Below, one piece after another: positions 58,586-64,000 of a stretch of 64,000 nt of DNA. Made by a program: the position numbers and the translations under genes. Origin of the DNA: an uncultured bacterium (GTDB lineage: Bacteria; Patescibacteriota; Saccharimonadia; UBA4664; SCTI01); assembly GCA_963721685.1 (NCBI GenBank), contig CAVRJJ010000005.1:167943-231942 (forward strand). The letters are read 5' to 3'. Position 1 is the first letter of the stretch. The number at the start of each line of letters is the position of its first letter. The notes below the pieces were generated by a model. That model did not search any database, was not told the DNA's origin, and saw only the letters and a program-made list of their open reading frames with translations.

Positions 58586-59386
58586 TTAGGCCAATACTAA
58601 TAAAATGACGACCGCTAAACCAATCCGGTACCAGCCAAAGGGAGTAAAGGTATTCGTCTGCACTAATTTAAGCAGCCATTTAATGGCAATAACCGCGGCG
58701 AAAAACGAGGTAATAAAGCCCACCGCGAAGAGTGGAAGGTCGCTGAGCCGGAGAATGTCTAGGTTCTTTATGAGGTCGTAGCCGGTAGCGGCCAACATTA
58801 CCGGCACGGCCGCTAAAAAGGAGTATTCCACTGCCGTCTTACGGTCGAGACCGCTGATCATGCCACCGATAATGGTAGCGCCGGCCCGGGACACACCGGG
58901 CCATAGCGCCAGTACTTGAAACAAGCCGATCGCGGCGGCTTGGCGAAAGTTAATGTGGTCGAGCCCTTTTTCCTTACCCGGTTTGTAAAAGCGTTCAAAC
59001 AAGATAATGGCGATACCACCGATGCCGAGCGCCAACGCCACGGTGAAAGGGGTGAATAATGAACTTTTAATGAAGTCATGAAGTAAAAAACCGAAAACGA
59101 GGGCCGGAAGGGTAGTTATCGCCAGCATCATAATGCCGCGACGACCCCGAAGACCAGATGCCGAAGAACTGAAGCTGAGCAGGGCGAGAAAGCGTTTGCG
59201 GTAAATCCAGGCAACCGCCAAAATCGCCCCCAACTGGATAAACACTTCAAAGGTAGCGGCTTTTTGGCCGGTAAAGCCCAGCAAATGGCCAACCACTATT
59301 AGATGGCCGGTAGAGGAGACTGGCAAAAATTCGGTAAGCCCTTCTACGATTCCTAGGATAATGGCGTCAACAAGCAACGAAAACAT
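58586..59386 (-). CDS. uppP: Undecaprenyl-diphosphate phosphatase
   Basis: EGLTEFLPVSSTGH, PGVSRAGATI, FGWYR. Confidence 0.95.
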   Translation of the reverse strand: MFSLLVDAIILGIVEGLTEFLPVSSTGHLIVVGHLLGFTGQKAATFEVFIQLGAILAVAWIYRKRFLALLSFSSSASGLRGRRGIMMLAITTLPALVFGFLLHDFIKSSLFTPFTVALALGIGGIAIILFERFYKPGKEKGLDHINFRQAAAIGLFQVLALWPGVSRAGATIIGGMISGLDRKTAVEYSFLAAVPVMLAATGYDLIKNLDILRLSDLPLFAVGFITSFFAAVIAIKWLLKLVQTNTFTPFGWYRIGLAVVILLVLA

Positions 59387-59420
59387 ATTCCTAGCTTATA
59401 CCATTTGCTATTATGGCGAC

Positions 59421-60935
59421 ATGAGCAAGCAACAGCGTCTCGTCCTTATTGTGAGCATTATGGCCTCATTCGTCGCGTTTTTGGATATCGCGGTGGTGAA
59501 TGTGGCCTTGCCGGCGATCCAACGTGAGCTGGGGGGCGGCCTGGCGATCCAGCAATGGGTGGTAGATGCCTATCTGATAACCCTTGGTTCATTAATATTG
59601 GTAGCCGGGTCGCTTTCCGACCTTTTTGGGAGAAAGAAAATCTTGGCCGCCGGCCTGATTGGCTTCGCGGTGACTTCAATTATGTGCGCGGCAGCTCCTA
59701 CCGGCGAATTCTTAATTATTTCCCGTGCTCTCCAAGGTATCGCTGGCGCGCTTATTGTCCCCAGTTCGCTGGCACTCATTATTTCCAGTTTTTCCGGCCC
59801 GGCCCAAGGCAAAGCAATAGGGAGTTGGACGGCCTGGACCGGCATATCCTTTGTTATTGGGCCGTTAGTCGGCGGAATATTGGTTGATAGCGTTTCTTGG
59901 CGGTTGGTTTTTGCGATTAACGTTATTCCCATCGCGGTAACACTGCTCATTATGAGGGGCATAAAGCTGGCGGAAGTGGTGCGGGAGAACGTTAAAGTTG
60001 ATATTATCGGCGCTTTGCTTTGCGCGGTAGGGTTGGGCGCTACGGTTTACGCGCTAATTGAGCAGCCGCATTATAGCTGGAGCCATCCATTAATATATCT
60101 CACTCTAAGCGCTGGCTTGGCGGCGCTGGCGGTTTTCTTTTGGTACGAAAGCCGCACACGCCATCCCATGTTGCCACTATCGCTGTTTAAAGTCCGCAAC
60201 TTTAGTGCCGGGAACGTGGCGACTTTCGCTATTTACGCTGGCTTGTCGGTAGCAACCTTTCTAATTACCGTTTTTGTCCAGCAAGTTGGTGGCTATTCGG
60301 CATTAGCGGCGGGGATGACCTTGCTGCCGATAACCATCCTCTTGTTTGTGCTCTCGTCCCGTTTTGGAGCGCTGGCAGGGAGGTACGGCCCACGGCTGTT
60401 TATGACGCTTGGGCCAATTATCTCTGGGTTGGGTTTTTTGTTATTGCTTGGCGTTAACCCGGAGCTTAATTATTGGACCCAACTGTTTCCGGCAATTATG
60501 ATCTTTAGCTTGGGCCTTGCTATGACCGTCGCGCCGTTAACTACGGCAGTCCTCGCCGATATCGATAGCAGGCAAGCCGGTGTGGGATCAGCTATTAATA
60601 ACGCGGTAGCCCGGATCGCGGGGTTGCTGGCGATAGCGGCGGTCGGGGCGATAGTGGCGACCCAATTTAACGCGGGTATAAATCAGGAAATAGCTCGTTC
60701 ACAGGTAAGCGCCCAGACGCAAAGTGCCTTATTGGAAGCCCCGGTTTTTGAAGTTAAGGCGGCGGAAGGCCTTGGCGGCAGCGCTAAAGAGGCTCAAGAA
60801 ATCCTGTACAGCGCCTCGTTTTCAGCGTTTAAAAGCGGTGTCTGGTTGATGTCACTGCTGCTAATTGCCGGCGGACTGATTTCGGCGGTTGGGATTCGTA
60901 ACCCTAAACCGCGACAGGATATACTCAAGACATGA
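59421..60935 (+). CDS. MFS DHA2 (EmrB/QacA) efflux transporter
   Basis: LDIAVVNVALP, GSLSDLFGRKK, WRLVFAINV. Confidence 0.9.
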   Translation: MSKQQRLVLIVSIMASFVAFLDIAVVNVALPAIQRELGGGLAIQQWVVDAYLITLGSLILVAGSLSDLFGRKKILAAGLIGFAVTSIMCAAAPTGEFLIISRALQGIAGALIVPSSLALIISSFSGPAQGKAIGSWTAWTGISFVIGPLVGGILVDSVSWRLVFAINVIPIAVTLLIMRGIKLAEVVRENVKVDIIGALLCAVGLGATVYALIEQPHYSWSHPLIYLTLSAGLAALAVFFWYESRTRHPMLPLSLFKVRNFSAGNVATFAIYAGLSVATFLITVFVQQVGGYSALAAGMTLLPITILLFVLSSRFGALAGRYGPRLFMTLGPIISGLGFLLLLGVNPELNYWTQLFPAIMIFSLGLAMTVAPLTTAVLADIDSRQAGVGSAINNAVARIAGLLAIAAVGAIVATQFNAGINQEIARSQVSAQTQSALLEAPVFEVKAAEGLGGSAKEAQEILYSASFSAFKSGVWLMSLLLIAGGLISAVGIRNPKPRQDILKT

Positions 60936-61507
60936 AAATAGTTATTTTTCATGCTATCCAAAGCTATCCCGGCGACCACTGGCAGCGGTGGCTGCATGAC
61001 GAGCTTAAAGAAGAAGGTCTGGAGGTGGTAATGCCCGCCTTGAGCAACCCCGACCATCCGGACCGGTCGCAGTGGCTGGCTGATGCAACAGAAGCGATTG
61101 GGGCGGTAAACGCCGCCGAACTTATTTTAGTAGGCCACTCACTTGGTGTTACGACAGCGCTTGATTACCTCGAGCAAACCGACCAATCCGTTCGCGGACT
61201 GGTATCGGTAGCGGGTTTTTACCAAGATTACGGCTCAGAATTAAACAACTACTTTTTAGCGGAAAAGCCAGTAGACATGCAATCGGTCCGGCATCATGTA
61301 ACCAACGCCTTTGTCTTTTACGGCGACAACGACCCATACGTCCCCCAAGAAGTATTGCGCTCTATGGCAGACGGGTTGTTGGTTGACCCGGTTGTCATAC
61401 CCGATGGGGGCCACCTTAATACCGAGTCCGGCTACACTAGCTTCCCGCAATTGTTTGAAACCATTATGAGCCTTATTGATACTCCCAGCTTGGATTTGCC
61501 AATTTAG
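60932..61507 (+). CDS. RBBP9/YdeN-family alpha/beta hydrolase
   Basis: W..WL, GHSLG, DNDPYV, GGHLN. Confidence 0.88.
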   Translation: MKIVIFHAIQSYPGDHWQRWLHDELKEEGLEVVMPALSNPDHPDRSQWLADATEAIGAVNAAELILVGHSLGVTTALDYLEQTDQSVRGLVSVAGFYQDYGSELNNYFLAEKPVDMQSVRHHVTNAFVFYGDNDPYVPQEVLRSMADGLLVDPVVIPDGGHLNTESGYTSFPQLFETIMSLIDTPSLDLPI

Positions 61508-62028
61508 TGGAAACCATTATATTGGGGGGTGGTTGCCACTGGTGTTTTGAAGCGGCCTATCAAACCTTAAAAGGTATAACCAAAACCGAAGTCGGTTATG
61601 CTGGCGGCTCGGTGCCTAATCCGAGCTACGAGGCGGTCTACAGCGGTAAGACCGGACACGCCGAAGTAGCGCAAATTACTTTTGACCCTCACATTATTAG
61701 CCTTGATGATATCTTGAGCGTCTTTTGGACGGTTCATGATCCGACGACTTTCAACCGTCAAGATTATGATGTTGGCACAGCGTACCGCTCAATTATTCTC
61801 TACAACTCCGACGAACAACGAAAAGTGGCAGAGCGATCAAAGCAAAAGGCTGCTGGGCTGTGGAAGGACAAAATCGTGACCGAAATAGTACCGTTTACTA
61901 CGTTTTACCGTGCAGATGAGCACCACCAGAACTTCTACCGGAAGAACCCTGAAGCCCGTTACTGCCAGCTCATTATTAACCCCAAGCTGGACAAGCTGCG
62001 CCAAAAATTCGCTGACAAGCTTAGGTGA
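61507..62028 (+). CDS. msrA: Peptide methionine sulfoxide reductase A
   Basis: GGCHWC, GYAGG, TGHAE, HDPT, YRS, HQNFY, YC. Confidence 0.92.
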   Translation: METIILGGGCHWCFEAAYQTLKGITKTEVGYAGGSVPNPSYEAVYSGKTGHAEVAQITFDPHIISLDDILSVFWTVHDPTTFNRQDYDVGTAYRSIILYNSDEQRKVAERSKQKAAGLWKDKIVTEIVPFTTFYRADEHHQNFYRKNPEARYCQLIINPKLDKLRQKFADKLR

Positions 62029-62044
62029 AGGGTATAATGCGGAC

Positions 62045-62725
62045 ATGAGTACACCTGTTAAGCTGATAGCCTTTGACTGCTGGGGCACTCTTTTTACCAA
62101 TGCCCAGAAACCGCACCCGTTCGCGTTGTTTGCCCAGCGGATTGGAAAGAGTTTGGCCGACCGCCGCTACGTGGCATTATTTGAGCAAAGCTTAATGACA
62201 GAAGTGTACCCGGACTTACAACTGCCAATTAAACAGCTGCTTGATAGTCTTGTCATTACCTCCACGCCCAAGCTTGTGTCGGACCTGGAGACGATCTTAC
62301 TTGAATCGACCAGGTTTCATGTGGCTTTCCCCGAAACGCTTACGGCTTTAGAGCAGCTCTCTGAAAAGTATCGGTTAGCGATGATCACCAACACCTTTCA
62401 GCAAGGTTTTAAAAAGCTTACCGACGTATTTCCTATCCATAATTACTTTGAAATTGTGATTACGTCGTATGAAGAACATTTTGTGAAACCCGATACGCAT
62501 TTGTTTTACACACTGTTCCAGCGCGCCGGGCTTAAGCCTGAAGAAATTTTGTATGTTGGTGACAGCGTTCGCAGCGACATGGATCCCGCCAAACGGCTAG
62601 GCATGCAAACGATGCTTATAGACCGGCGCAAACGTTATCCTCGGTATCCCCGCCGTATAGCCAGCCTTACGGAGCTGGCAAAAACGGCGTTACAGCCAGC
62701 CGCGGCGGTTAAACAACCAGATTAA
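62045..62725 (+). CDS. HAD-family hydrolase
   Basis: FDCWGTL, ITN, KPD, VGDSVRSD. Confidence 0.85.
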   Translation: MSTPVKLIAFDCWGTLFTNAQKPHPFALFAQRIGKSLADRRYVALFEQSLMTEVYPDLQLPIKQLLDSLVITSTPKLVSDLETILLESTRFHVAFPETLTALEQLSEKYRLAMITNTFQQGFKKLTDVFPIHNYFEIVITSYEEHFVKPDTHLFYTLFQRAGLKPEEILYVGDSVRSDMDPAKRLGMQTMLIDRRKRYPRYPRRIASLTELAKTALQPAAAVKQPD

Positions 62726-63619
62726 GTAGCTGCACAGGCCAAGCGTTGCAAGGACAATCGCCGGGAACGCCCAAGGATAATCTTGCAAAGGTATGGGAAC
62801 GTTCATGCCAAAGAATCCGGCTATGACATTGGGAACCATTAAAATAATGGTCAGTGAAGTGAGCAACTTAATCTGGCGGTTTAGGTTGTTGGTCATAATA
62901 TTTGAATAGGCTTCACGGATGTTCACAATGGTTTTCAAATTACTTTTGCTGGATTCTATTGATTGGCGAGTTCCTAGCACGAGATCTTCAATAATATCGC
63001 GGTCTTCTTCGTAAAATGACAAGCTATGCTTTCCCGCCAGCAGGTTGGTTAGCATATTATTAGTTGGCATTAGTTCAGATAAATAATCGTTGAGCACGTC
63101 TTCAATTACCACAAATTGTACGAAATTACGATTACTAATGGAGGTGACGTTTAGCCCTGCCCGTGCGCCGCGGATCTGGCGGTTTATGGTATTTAAACCA
63201 ATGTTATAAGTATTGGTAATGTGCCGCATGACTTGCAAGAACAGCTTTGCCCGCTGGGTGGTGAAGACCTCAAGTTTACCTTTGGTAAATAATTCCAGGT
63301 TAGGGAACGGTTGTGGAGCAATTGTTATGAAAGCTTTTGGCCCAACAATTAATGCAACTGGAGCGGTAAATAGGCGCCCGTCATTGTTGTAGGTATAACG
63401 CATGAAGACATAGGTAGTATCGCCCTCGGTTTCTAGCCGGGGCATCTCATCCGGGTCAAGGGCATCGCGCACATGGCCGGCGTCCAGGTTAAACTTGGCA
63501 ATGACTTGCGCTAGCTCTTCCTCGGTGGGGCTTTGCATATGGATCCACGAGCCGGTGCGGAACTTATCTACTTTGATCAGCTTAGGGTCTTTAATGTTGC
63601 GGTAATAGGTGGTAATCAT
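62690..63619 (-). CDS. corA: CorA-family Mg2+ transporter
   Basis: GFFGMNV signature between two C-terminal TM helices. Confidence 0.9.
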   Translation of the reverse strand: MITTYYRNIKDPKLIKVDKFRTGSWIHMQSPTEEELAQVIAKFNLDAGHVRDALDPDEMPRLETEGDTTYVFMRYTYNNDGRLFTAPVALIVGPKAFITIAPQPFPNLELFTKGKLEVFTTQRAKLFLQVMRHITNTYNIGLNTINRQIRGARAGLNVTSISNRNFVQFVVIEDVLNDYLSELMPTNNMLTNLLAGKHSLSFYEEDRDIIEDLVLGTRQSIESSKSNLKTIVNIREAYSNIMTNNLNRQIKLLTSLTIILMVPNVIAGFFGMNVPIPLQDYPWAFPAIVLATLGLCSYLIWLFNRRGWL

Positions 63620-63681
63620 TTCTTAATGGTATCAGAAGTGCACCCCTCAGGGGTAGCTAGGGCTTCTGGTATGCTGAAGCA

Positions 63682-64000
63682 ATGGTATTCTTCATAATTT
63701 TTGTGCTCATAGCAGCAGGCGTACTTTTGGTTGTAGCGGTTGAAGTTTGGCTTGCGGCGCGGAACCTCCCTCCCGCTTATGTAAACCCGGCTCCAGAGCT
63801 GCAGCGGTTTGGAACAAACGGCACAAAGCTGAAGTACTTGGTACTAGGCGACAGCACGGCGGCCGGAGCAGGGGCGGCCTACAGAGATGGCATCGCGGTA
63901 GGGTCCGCGCAACGTTTAGCAAAAAACTACCGGGTTGAATTGGTTAACGCCGCGGTTTCCGGTGCCAAGGCGGTTGATATTGAAACAACCCAGCTTGGGC
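63682..64000 (+). CDS. SGNH/GDSL hydrolase (partial, runs off window; not in ORF track)
   Basis: Manual translation MVFFIIFVL...YLVLGDSTAAG...NAAVSGA. Confidence 0.8.
   Translation, partial: MVFFIIFVLIAAGVLLVVAVEVWLAARNLPPAYVNPAPELQRFGTNGTKLKYLVLGDSTAAGAGAAYRDGIAVGSAQRLAKNYRVELVNAAVSGAKAVDIETTQLG

Overview
This window is the chromosomal origin region of a small-genome bacterium, most likely Patescibacteria/CPR (Saccharimonadia-like). The assignment is inferred from gene content, compact spacing, pilin-like proteins and apparently leaderless genes. The left part holds an NlpC/P60-CHAP and PEGA cluster, then dciA-like/recF/dnaN/oriC/dnaA and rpmH/rnpA/yidC/jag. From 8.5 to 34 kb lies a surface-glycan locus: GT4/GT2, Wzx, O-antigen ligase-like, Gmd, Rmd, a ColD-like dehydratase with an Fcl/ColC-like reductase, GalE, ManC, ManB and GlmS. 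lexA and tRNA-Asn(GTT) follow. The most striking feature is 34.8-46 kb: a tandem array of about 10 small cargo units with no integrase. The units are separated by a recurring junction, GTT(C/T)G-N17-GGAGCCA-TTGCACTTATG, whose core equals the 3' end of tRNA-Asn, where the spacing is N12. The 5-bp shift matches the known attP/attB geometry of large serine recombinases. This suggests a tRNA-anchored, integron-like cassette array carrying pilin-like proteins, a HopA1-like protein and stress/defence genes. The right part holds surface proteins (one with an exact 400-bp internal duplication), fbp/fba class I, NadR-like, ABC, NUDIX, GNAT, uppP, MFS, msrA, HAD and corA. Family calls are from motif recognition only; no searches were run.
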